Of a stretch of DNA of 64,000 nucleotides, positions 28,901-34,511 are shown in pieces (positions within the stretch are counted from its first letter, which is position 1; each line of letters starts with the position of its first letter). The notes under the pieces are model-generated. The model saw only the letters and a program-made list of their open reading frames with translations, was not told the origin of the DNA and searched no databases. This stretch comes from Candidatus Peregrinibacteria bacterium CG11_big_fil_rev_8_21_14_0_20_49_14 (GTDB lineage: Bacteria > Patescibacteriota > Gracilibacteria > Peribacterales > Peribacteraceae): the NCBI GenBank assembly GCA_002787035.1, contig PCVP01000014.1, forward strand, positions 115,107 to 179,106. Reading direction: 5' to 3'. Made by a program: the position numbers and the translations under genes.

Positions 28901-30648
28901 CGAACGGAACAGTCGTTACCAATATCGCCCAGGTGGTGAACGGTCCCAGTGCAACGGATATCACGACTATTCAGGGCGGACAGCCGCTGCTGACAATCTC
29001 GAAGACCGATAACCGCACCACCGCAAAGGTAAACGAGATTCTCACCTACGTCATTACCATGCAAAACAGCACCAGTGTCACCGCAACGAACGTGGGTGTC
29101 ACCGATACGCTGCCGGGAGATGTGACCTTTGTTTCCGCAACGAACGGAGGTACGGCAAACGGTCAGACAGTGACATGGGGTAACCTGACGATAAACGGCA
29201 GCTCCACCATCTCACTGACAGTACAGGCACGTGTGAACAGCGCAGTACCGGACAACACCATTCTGACGAACACGGCACAAATCGTGGGAGGATTGAGTGC
29301 AACCGATACCACAACCGTGGAAGGCGGCACACCGGATCCGAACAATGTGACCATAGACCTCTCCGATGACCGTGACCCTGTGGATCCGGGTGAGTCGTTC
29401 TGTTACACCATTCAGGTAAACAACTTAAACTCAGCAGAGCTGACGAATCAGACCGTCACACAGACGCTCGACGGCATGACCGAGTACCAGTCTGCATCCG
29501 ATAACGGATCGCACAGCAGCCGCATAATCACATGGAGGAATGTCACACTGCCCGGCAACGGAACGAAGACATTCAACTCTTGTGTCAAAGTGGATGAAGA
29601 TACCGAACTCGATGAGCTGCTCACTTCCAAGGCATTCATCAACAGTAAGAGTGATACGGAAAATACTCGTGTAGGAGAAGGATTCATTACCGGTAACAAC
29701 CGCTGTGAAATCCAAAGCATCTCCGATACGCCGGATCCCGTGAAAATCGGTGAGACCCTTACCTACAGCATCCGCGTACGTAACGGCAGAAATACTTCAA
29801 GTACAAGTACGACCAGCAGCAACAGTGCACGCAGCTTCGACATCGTGGCCTACCTGGATAACGACACAACCTTCATGTCCGCAAGTAATGGCGGAGACGA
29901 AAACGGCGGTCGTGAAGTGGAGTGGAACGATATCCGCCTGCGCCGCGGCGAAAGTGAGTCCGTACGTGTGACCGTACGAGTAAAGGACAGTGCCGCTCGT
30001 GAAGATCAGTTGCGAATCCGCGTACAGTGTGAAGACGACGAAGAGTACGAAAACACTCGTGTGGAAGGCGAAGGAGAGCCTCCGACAGACGGGCAGGTAC
30101 GTGTAAGCATAGACAAACGTGCAAGCACTCAAGAAGCACGTCCCGGAGACATGGTGAACTACACCCTCACACTGCGTAACCTCACAAACCGTGCAGCAAA
30201 GGATGTCACTGTCGAAGACAGGTTCAACGCAGGTTCCATTTCCATTCAGGATGCCGGAGGAGGAGAAATAGCAGGAAACGGCATAGACTGGAAAGTACCG
30301 AACCTCGGACCGAATGACACACGCATCTTCACCTACCGCGTTCGCGTGGGACCGGATATGCGCCACGGACAAATTATCTCCAATACTGTCGTCGTTCGCA
30401 GTCCGGATCTCGACCGTCCCGCAACGGACACAGAAGAAGTACGCATCATTACCGAATTGCCACAGACAGGAGGAGGAGGATTCGGAAGTTCCTTTACGGA
30501 CGTCGCGCAGAACTTACGTCCAACCGGCAAGAGCATTCAGATTTCATCCTCAAATGGAGCCGCTGCCATGCAGTTCATACTCTGGACCAGCATTATCTCC
30601 ATGGGAATGATCGGCGGAACCCTGCTCGGAAAGCGATTCTTCCTCTAA
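19984..30648 (+). CDS. giant cell-surface protein: ~26 DUF11-type repeat domains plus two Cna-B/prealbumin-like domains, with an LPxTG-like C-terminal sorting region
   Basis: Uninterrupted ORF of 3561 codons from TTG 19963; the first ATG is at 19984 (MKRRCMQLIRMKSRTHVLFALLIVAITPAALYACG, a signal peptide). It has recurrent ADLSVTKSGPATV..G..v.Y...vtN.GP..A..V.v.D..P.GLTF modules and two GCIEIIKETFD.../GCIDVVKETFD... modules. The C-terminus has LPQTGGGG, then a hydrophobic helix, then KRFFL. Confidence 0.9.
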   Translation: MKRRCMQLIRMKSRTHVLFALLIVAITPAALYACGRVDLSITKSGPGTATVGQTATYNFIVTQHDTGRSTGTQTEVRDLIPAGFTFASASGVSCSVSGNNVICTGIPNLTQNQSHSFSVTFNVTAAACANSPVTNTAVVDAREADTNPSNDTSNTVTTAINGCDADLSVSKSGDSTVAAGSTVNYSVQVTNGGPSDATNVKVTDAIPSGLSFNSGASDGACSQNGSNVECTASSLANGANKTFAIAFDVPDTQQVCGTNISNQASVSSDTGDTNTSNNTSSTVSTSITCNADLSVTKSGPATIEGGNSISYTVTVANGGPNTAHNVKVTDAIPSGLTFNSGASDGACSQNGSNVECTASSLANGANKTFAIAFDVPASGALCGNSVSNQATVSSDTTDSNSGNNTSQAVSTQVTCSADLSITKSGPGTVTRNSTVSYTIIVTNNGPADAQGVTISDAVPAGVTFNSGASDASCVLNGSNVLCNNITLTNGQSKTVIIAFNVPASAVCNSTVTNQAIVSGSTTDPVSSNNTSSTVASTVDCSSEQADLTLTKTGPATVARGTTISYTLVATNNGPATANAVTITDPVPAGLTFNSAASDAGCALNGTNVLCNSFSLTNGASKTVTVAFDVPAQATCGATIANQASVSTSSIDPVSSNNTSQTVTSTVDCSGEQADLSVTKSGPATVQRGNIVSYTVSVTNGGPATANAVKVTDAIPSGLTFNSGASSPECAVNGSNVECTVSTLTNGASKGFTIAFDVPNSTTCGSSITNQASVSTTSVDPVSSNNTSQTVSTTVNCDNQADLSVTKSGPATITRNSVISYSVTATNNGPGTATSVVISDAVPTGLTFNSGASDLSCVLNGSNVLCNGFNLASGQSRTVTIAFNVPAGATCGGTIANVASVASAVTDPVSSNNTSQTVSTTIDCSSENADVRITKTGPSTVLKGGTLSYTLNVTNGGPATAQGVTISDPVPSGLTFNPSASSPNCILNGSNVLCNNIALANGQTQSVIIAFNVPTTATCGALYTNQATVSSSSTDPVSSNNTSQTVTTTVDCPPVHSDLEVVKAGRDRIPRTETLIYMIQVLNRGPDEAPDVQVRDTIPAGLVFNPGQSHPACQQVGNEIVCNGPALPKDRQWAILVAFDLSASVQCGSFIQNRARASTTAIDPNSANDQSQLVATFVECPNGNMTIEKSGPTTVLRGNTITYNIVVRNTSPTEVLRNTLVFDQTPANTTFLDAQSTPGCFIGVGFTDVYCPAQDVPVGGTRNVTLVFRVENTAACDSFINNIADVWADNADATWSNEVITQVQCLSTETDISVDKTGPGTVTRGNQISYSITVTNHGLGDATGVQIADPIPNGLTFVSGSSSNNCSVNGAEIVCGNIDLVNGQSRTLTLVFTVPSSVACNSTLQNQARLLLAPQGDPNPNNNVSNVISTTVNCPAQTADLRVSKSGPASVVKGNTVTYTLVATNDGPDTATNVTIADPIPTVPHETTNLPVQLTFLSGSSDASCVSNGTDILCNNFNLASGQSRTVTVAFSVPTTTKCASTIVNRASVSASSTDPNSSNNQSQQVSTAVDCVPSDADVSVTKSGPATVTRGNVLTYSLTASNAGPVSATNVTITDTVPTGLVFNAGASGGNCSLSGNTISCAIGTLASGASQSVSLAFNTPATLTCNSQVQNYAVIAALQPDPNNSNNTTNTVTTTILCPVAQADVTVSKTGPATILRGTKITYTLTATNNGPDAATNVVITDPIPSAQHESSNTPLALQFEAGDSDPSCAINGVNVECSGFSLNPSQSKTVQVTFTVPSQSRCSAFVVNQASVVSGANDPNSANNLSQITSTLIQCPVTDADLSITKVGQQTVLRGNRVSYNITVTNNGPATATNVTIADPIPTVLNEQAQGVYLTFDPVASDSSCQINGINVLCNNFSLTAGQSKTVTLAFTVPTVASCNANIVNFATVSASSTDPISSNNTSQTVHTTVQCPVEQSDLTIAKMGRDRIPIGETLLYTLQAFNRGPSTATNVTFRDQIPAGLVFNPSQSDSSCQKVGNEILCTRATLAESQLWTIVIGFDINPQTVQCNSFLSNVATLSSDQTDPDPSTNTSNTVQTYVECPGGEISIVKSGPATTLRGANITYNILVTNNSAFTVREASVFDGTPQNTTFVPNGSSPECYVAPGFTDVFCAPTDLAPGQQRTVTLVFKVNDNAPCNSTLNNIADVWSDNADPTWSNEVVTQVMCPPASFSITKTDNRTTVTAGEVLTYQISVTNTSSVNDSNVHVTDTLPANVTFVGASDGGIFDGTQVQWNGLSINAGETKVLLMTVSVNAGTPNGTILTNNAFVVNGPTAIDQTTVIENITFTISKDDGRTNANAGETLIYTIPVTNTSATNATNATVTDTLPPQVTFVSADNSGTHSNGTVTWSGLSIAAGQTKNLMVTVTINPATPGGTVLTNTATILGGPSAVDTTIVNGGQLGCIEIIKETFDTNGQPITPVAQFMFSLDNGSQTTQNDSSGHARFDNVAVGSHTVTETVPPTWSQLSVTPPSGVLQVQSGPVCSTVTFKNQQQLQNSTFTITKTDNRTTVSPGETLIYTIDVKNTSAVNAANVSVRDTLPADLTFVSANSNGTHTAGVVDWVVPINAGQTVQFTVNTTVKVATANGTVLENTAQVLGGPSTIDTTTVVTITSSGCIDVVKETFDINGHLITPVPQFSFQLDGGAQSTVSNSLGLARFNNVPTGTHTVSETVPPTWRQVSITPPNGLVVVSQGPTCSTVLFKNQQDLGGPEFAMSKTDGRSTAAPGETLTYTITVENISNKNATGVTVLDTLPTNVTFVSADSGGVHSNGTITWNNISVNANSSVTLTVIAQVNANVANGTVITNTAGIPNVITVADTTTVSTQVPTFSISKTDNLATATPGQSLTYLITVQNTSAFNATNVSVTDTLPSQVIYNGSSDNGSVNGQIVTWSGLSIAAGQQKTLTVTATVNGSTPNGTVVTNIAQVVNGPSATDITTIQGGQPLLTISKTDNRTTAKVNEILTYVITMQNSTSVTATNVGVTDTLPGDVTFVSATNGGTANGQTVTWGNLTINGSSTISLTVQARVNSAVPDNTILTNTAQIVGGLSATDTTTVEGGTPDPNNVTIDLSDDRDPVDPGESFCYTIQVNNLNSAELTNQTVTQTLDGMTEYQSASDNGSHSSRIITWRNVTLPGNGTKTFNSCVKVDEDTELDELLTSKAFINSKSDTENTRVGEGFITGNNRCEIQSISDTPDPVKIGETLTYSIRVRNGRNTSSTSTTSSNSARSFDIVAYLDNDTTFMSASNGGDENGGREVEWNDIRLRRGESESVRVTVRVKDSAAREDQLRIRVQCEDDEEYENTRVEGEGEPPTDGQVRVSIDKRASTQEARPGDMVNYTLTLRNLTNRAAKDVTVEDRFNAGSISIQDAGGGEIAGNGIDWKVPNLGPNDTRIFTYRVRVGPDMRHGQIISNTVVVRSPDLDRPATDTEEVRIITELPQTGGGGFGSSFTDVAQNLRPTGKSIQISSSNGAAAMQFILWTSIISMGMIGGTLLGKRFFL
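20090..26650 (+). repeat. intragenic tandem repeats (basic unit ~378 nt / ~126 aa, 17 Cys-containing DUF11-like units) with a 2769-nt higher-order duplication
   Basis: A 143-nt stretch at 20587..20729 recurs at 20965..21107 with 2 mismatches (period 378). CGCGA(T/C)CGTATTCC at 23176 and 25945, and the equal-length antisense shadow ORFs 23074..23886 and 25843..26655, give a 2769-nt super-period. Confidence 0.85.
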
Positions 30649-30674
30649 ATATACGACACCAACGGAATGCAAGG

Positions 30675-30715
30675 AGAGCCCTGAAAACCGAAAGGTATGT
30701 GAAAGGGCTCTTTTC
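30675..30715. terminator. hairpin terminator between the giant gene and convergent pth
   Basis: AGAGCCCT (30675..30682) pairs with AGGGCTCT (30704..30711), followed by a short T-tract (TTTT; its first T is the last stem base). Confidence 0.65.
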
Positions 30716-31288
30716 CTATGTGGAAAGATCTTCTTTCTTCGAGTCCTCTTCCAGTACGAATTCTCGTACGAGAGCAGGCACAGTCTGCAGCACTTCTTGC
30801 AGCTGTACACTCTCTTTAGAAGACGGAATGCTGAGGACCCACGCAGAAAGATCCGCCCCCGGAGGCTGACTGCCAATCCCAATGCGAAGACGGGGAAACT
30901 CTTCTCCGTACTTCTCACACACGGACTTCAGTCCGTTATGCGTACCGGGACCGCCTTTTTTTCGAAGACGGACTTCTCCGAGCGGAAGGTCTATGTCGTC
31001 ACAAATCACCAGAATTTGCACCGCGGGATCCAACTTGTAAAAATCCACGATCTTTGCGATAGCATTGCCCGAGAGGTTCATGAATGTACTTGGTTTCACG
31101 AGAAGAACAGGCACGGTAACAATGCGAGCCTCCTGTACCGATGCAAGGAATCGCTGTTTTTCTTCCCAGTCCCCTTCTCCGCAATGCTGTGACAGCACAT
31201 CTATCGCATGAAACCCGATGTTATGCCGCGTTGCTTCATACTGTTTCCCGGGATTTCCCAAGCCGACGATGACGAGTGCGGGCTTCAT
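30716..31288 (-). CDS. pth: peptidyl-tRNA hydrolase
   Basis: MKPALVIVGLGNPGKQYEATRHNIGFHAIDVL...GTHNGLKS, the canonical Pth motifs. Confidence 0.95.
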   Translation of the reverse strand: MKPALVIVGLGNPGKQYEATRHNIGFHAIDVLSQHCGEGDWEEKQRFLASVQEARIVTVPVLLVKPSTFMNLSGNAIAKIVDFYKLDPAVQILVICDDIDLPLGEVRLRKKGGPGTHNGLKSVCEKYGEEFPRLRIGIGSQPPGADLSAWVLSIPSSKESVQLQEVLQTVPALVREFVLEEDSKKEDLST

Positions 31289-31308
31289 TACCCCGCTAGC
31301 ATAGCACG

Positions 31309-31695
31309 TCAGAGCAGGTCGGAAACCGCTCTGTGAAATGCGGCCACAGCAGCGGCACTTTGACTGGCAGAAATATCCGCTCCCGGCTCGTGTGCAATGC
31401 GATTACGAAGTTTATGGGCTCTCCATACGGCATCGAGATCCGAAAATCTGGGACCTGCCTTTTGTAACTTCTCACCGAGTGACCCCTTGTACCCGCGGGC
31501 AGCCAGAGCTTGGTCCAGCACTTTATCCGCCTCCAACACTTTTCGTACGGGATCTTTCAACAGATCCACATGCTCCCAATGCAGCAAAATTCTCTTTCGC
31601 ATCGCAGGCGACAGTTTTCGCTTTCTACACTTCCAAACAACAGCAAGACATAACAGTGCGATGCAAAGGACTATGGCAATGGGCAGTATCTGCAT
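31309..31695 (-). CDS. TM-anchored hypothetical protein with an HEPN-like Rx4H motif
   Basis: N-terminal TM helix (ILPIAIVLCIALLCLAVVW), then a helical domain ending in WRAHKLRNRIAHEPG....AAAVAAFHRAVSDLL. Confidence 0.55.
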   Translation of the reverse strand: MQILPIAIVLCIALLCLAVVWKCRKRKLSPAMRKRILLHWEHVDLLKDPVRKVLEADKVLDQALAARGYKGSLGEKLQKAGPRFSDLDAVWRAHKLRNRIAHEPGADISASQSAAAVAAFHRAVSDLL

Positions 31696-31697
31696 TG

Positions 31698-32312
31698 TTA
31701 TTCTTCGTAATCATCGTCCTCTTCTTCATCGCCTTCAAGCTCCTGCAACTGCAGTTCTCGCGCCACAATTCCTGCCAGAATCTCCTGTACGTGCGTGGAG
31801 TCTTTCAGATTTTTCGTATGAAGATACGCCTCCATATTCTTCAGTATCATGCCCTCCACCCTGCGGGGGTTCGGAACGTTATCCATGGATATCACGCTTC
31901 CTGTGGATATTTTTTCCACTCCTATGGTTCCGTAGCGCAGGAGTGTGTTCGACACACCCTGAATCTCATAACTCACACCTTGAATATCACTGTAGAGAAC
32001 ACGAGAAGACTGGCGATGGAACCATCCGTGCCACTCCACATCTATGATGCCTATGTCCGTAATAATCCATGCATCGAGGTAGTAGTCGAAAAAATTACGA
32101 AACCACCACACAAGCGAAACGACACTCCAGAGAGAAATAACGTAGAAAACGGTTTTATAAGGAGCCTGATACAGAAGCACCCAACAGGCGAGGAATGATA
32201 CGGTCGGCCAAAATAAAAATTTAATGCCCAGAATCCAGTGCTTATGGAGCACGAGATGAAGCGTTTCATCGTCTTCGAGGTGCCGGGTGAATAATCGCTG
32301 ATTGAGCTGCAC
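31698..32312 (-). CDS. membrane protein with a bacterial PH-like (YdbS/YdbT, bPH_2-like) domain and acidic tail
   Basis: Two TM helices are followed by ITDIGIIDVEWHGWFHRQSSRVLYSDIQGVSYEIQGVSNTLLRYGTIGVE, a pattern typical of DUF304/bPH_2. The C-terminus reads EGDEEEDDDYEE. Confidence 0.55.
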   Translation of the reverse strand: MQLNQRLFTRHLEDDETLHLVLHKHWILGIKFLFWPTVSFLACWVLLYQAPYKTVFYVISLWSVVSLVWWFRNFFDYYLDAWIITDIGIIDVEWHGWFHRQSSRVLYSDIQGVSYEIQGVSNTLLRYGTIGVEKISTGSVISMDNVPNPRRVEGMILKNMEAYLHTKNLKDSTHVQEILAGIVARELQLQELEGDEEEDDDYEE

Positions 32313-32387
32313 GGCGGCAATTGTACAGCAGCCCGGGAAGAAGCGACATGCTATACACGGATACCGCGCTCACCTATACTGCGAAGG

Positions 32388-33008
32388 ATGTCACCGAAAA
32401 AACACGGTCTGTTGTTTCATCTGCTGGATGTCATACTGAATATCGTCATTATCGTGACGATAGTGGTTGTTATCCGTACGTTTCTTGTCTCCCCTTTTCA
32501 GGTGGAAGGAAGTTCCATGGTCGGGACACTGGAACACAGGGAGTACATTATTATCAATAAGCTCGCATACTACATCGGTTCTCCCAACAGAGGAGATGTG
32601 GTGGTATTCAGGCCCCCGAATGACATGAAAAAGCATTACGTGAAGAGGATCATTGGTATTCCGGGTGATACGGTTATTCTCCGGGACGGATACGTCTACG
32701 TACAAGAAAAGGGGGGTGCGGAGGTGAAGCTACAAGAAGACTACTTAAACGAACGAAACAAAGGACACACGTACTCTCATCCTCCTACCAGCGGCAATAC
32801 GGAAGAAAGGCGCTACGAAGTGCCGGAAGGCTCCTACTTCTTACTTGGCGATAACAGGCAAGGAAGCCTGGATTCTCGCAGTTTTTCGGACGATAACGGC
32901 AATTTTATTCCCTTTGTGGAAGAAGGGAACATCAAAGGTCTCGTCTGGTTCATAGCCCTTCCCATAACCAAAATTCAGGCCCTGGAACCTCCGAATTACC
33001 GCATGTAA
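32388..33008 (+). CDS. lepB: signal peptidase I
   Basis: VEGSSMVGTL...GDVVVFRPP...YVKRIIGIPGDTV...YFLLGDNRQGSLDSR (S26 boxes B-E). Confidence 0.9.
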   Translation: MSPKKHGLLFHLLDVILNIVIIVTIVVVIRTFLVSPFQVEGSSMVGTLEHREYIIINKLAYYIGSPNRGDVVVFRPPNDMKKHYVKRIIGIPGDTVILRDGYVYVQEKGGAEVKLQEDYLNERNKGHTYSHPPTSGNTEERRYEVPEGSYFLLGDNRQGSLDSRSFSDDNGNFIPFVEEGNIKGLVWFIALPITKIQALEPPNYRM

Positions 33009-33087
33009 ATGAAGAATATTTTCTTGCCACATACCTCGGCACTGCAGTAAGATACCCGGGTCTCGCCCAGAGGCTTTTTAGAAGCAT

Positions 33088-33276
33088 ATGAACAAACTCA
33101 CCACCTACATCAACGAATCCGTACAAGAGCTGCACGCAGTCAGATGGCCCACTCGCCATCAGGCCGTGCGACTTTCGGGTATTGTCATTGTGTTCGTGGC
33201 AGCAAGTACCGCCATATTCGGCGTAATAGACTACGGCCTTTCCCAGGTAATAAAACTCCTTCTTTCCCTCACATAA
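33088..33276 (+). CDS. secE: preprotein translocase subunit SecE
   Basis: 62 aa. ESVQELHAVRWPTRHQAVRLSGIVIVFVAASTAIFGVIDYGL is the typical SecE core, and the gene sits directly upstream of nusG. Confidence 0.85.
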   Translation: MNKLTTYINESVQELHAVRWPTRHQAVRLSGIVIVFVAASTAIFGVIDYGLSQVIKLLLSLT

Positions 33277-33280
33277 CAAC

Positions 33281-33826
33281 GTGGCAAAGCAAGACCCAAC
33301 CGCAGGACAAAACTGGTACGTCGTACACACTTACGCAGGGTACGAAGACGCCGTGAAGCAAGCGCTGGAGCAACGTGTGGAATCCATGGGAATGCAGGAT
33401 TACATCTTCGATATTCAAGTCCCGAAAGAAAAGCAACTCACCTTCCGTAAGGGAGAACCCGTAGAAGAGGAGAAAAAGCTCTTTCCCGGCTACGTACTGG
33501 TGCACATGATCGTGACGGACGAAAGCTGGTACCTTGTGCGTAATACTCCGAATGTGACGGGATTCGTAGGTTCCGGCAATATTCCCGTACCCGTAACTCC
33601 CGAGGAATACGGCGTTATAGAGCGCAGGGTCGGAGAACAGGAAGCCAAGTTTAAGAGCGAATTCCAAGTCGGAGATCTTGTTGTTATTGTCGACGGTCCG
33701 TTTAAGAACTACGAGGGAGGCATAGAGAGTGTGGACGTAAACAAGGGGAAGATTACGGTGATGGTTCTCATTTTCGACCGCGAAACACCGGTGGAACTGG
33801 ACTTTACACAAGCGCAGAAGAAATAG
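33281..33826 (+). CDS. nusG: transcription termination/antitermination factor NusG
   Basis: NWYVVHTYAGYEDAV...FPGYVLVHM...VRNTPNVTGFVG...FQVGDLVVIVDGPFKNYEGGIESVD (NGN plus KOW domains). Confidence 0.95.
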   Translation: MAKQDPTAGQNWYVVHTYAGYEDAVKQALEQRVESMGMQDYIFDIQVPKEKQLTFRKGEPVEEEKKLFPGYVLVHMIVTDESWYLVRNTPNVTGFVGSGNIPVPVTPEEYGVIERRVGEQEAKFKSEFQVGDLVVIVDGPFKNYEGGIESVDVNKGKITVMVLIFDRETPVELDFTQAQKK

Positions 33827-33829
33827 GGT

Positions 33830-34240
33830 ATGCAGTCTTCTCCCACGCCAGACTCAAGGGGGAACAGCGCCGAAGTACCCGATGCGGAAACAGCACAAGA
33901 ACATGGATTGCAAGAAGCAGTGCGAATTCTTCGTGAAATACATACACTTCGAAAAAGAATCAACGAGAGAAGAGCAGACGTATCTGTAGAACCCTTGGCA
34001 GATATGCCACAGAGAGAAGAGAATGCAACTATGGAAAACGAGCTGGCAGCACTTGCTGAAAGTTTTTGTGTGCAGTTACACACATCACTGGGTCCCATAG
34101 CACCCGACGGCGCTCTCTCCATTGCCATCGTACATTCCCTGCGCGACATCAGGGAATCAATGGAAGACTCCGCCAATATTGCATCTCTCAGTACGCTTAT
34201 TGCAAATCAGGAAACTATCTCTCGTCGCAGAGCCGCATAA
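33830..34240 (+). CDS. hypothetical protein
   Basis: 136-aa ORF starting 4 nt after the nusG stop. Hydrophilic, no recognised domain. Confidence 0.45.
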   Translation: MQSSPTPDSRGNSAEVPDAETAQEHGLQEAVRILREIHTLRKRINERRADVSVEPLADMPQREENATMENELAALAESFCVQLHTSLGPIAPDGALSIAIVHSLRDIRESMEDSANIASLSTLIANQETISRRRAA

Positions 34241-34241
34241 C

Positions 34242-34511
34242 ATGCCAGCACGCTCCATACATATCACAGGCAAGGTACAGAACGTCTGCTTTCGTGCGGC
34301 AGCACAAGAAAAGGCGAAGGAATGCGGACTGTGCGGATGGGTGCGTAACACCAAACAAGGAGGTGTGGAAATATACGCAGAAGGAGACGAAAACGCATTG
34401 GATGCCCTGGAGCAATGGTGCCACAGCGGTCCTTCCGCAGCGAAGGTGGAAAGAGTCACAACCAAAGAGGCCGAACAGGAAGGACTGTCGGATTTTACGA
34501 TTGCGTACTGA
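34242..34511 (+). CDS. acyP: acylphosphatase
   Basis: MPARSIHITGKVQNVCFRAAAQEKAKECGLCGWVRNTKQGGVEIYAEGDENALDALEQWCHSGPSAAKVERV matches the V.G.VQGV.FR...A...gl.GwVrN signature. The start is at the internal ATG of ORF 34122..34511. Confidence 0.85.
   Translation: MPARSIHITGKVQNVCFRAAAQEKAKECGLCGWVRNTKQGGVEIYAEGDENALDALEQWCHSGPSAAKVERVTTKEAEQEGLSDFTIAY

Noticed and set aside
19912-30372. Many long antisense and off-frame ORFs inside the giant gene (for example 19912..20745, 21928..22347, 23074..23886, 25843..26655, 28375..29064, 29797..30372).
   Set aside because: They overlap an uninterrupted 3561-codon sense ORF with clear domain logic. Their sequences are low-complexity (Cys/Arg/Gly/Val-rich), and their periodic recurrence, including two of identical length, simply mirrors the sense-strand repeats.
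19984-30648. Diversity-generating retroelement or other targeted hypervariation acting on the repeat protein.
   Set aside because: No reverse transcriptase, no template/variable repeat pair with adenine-specific mismatches, and no accessory genes in the window. The near-identical segments are explained by tandem duplication.
31338-32198. 286-aa and 216-aa + strand ORFs (31338..32198 and 31397..32047).
   Set aside because: They are antisense shadows spanning two well-formed minus-strand genes (31309..31695 and 31698..32312), and their translations are Arg/Pro/Ser-rich. The same reasoning applies to 60474..61553 (antisense to eno), 53000..53839, 37117..37830, 10409..10984 and 15694..16212.
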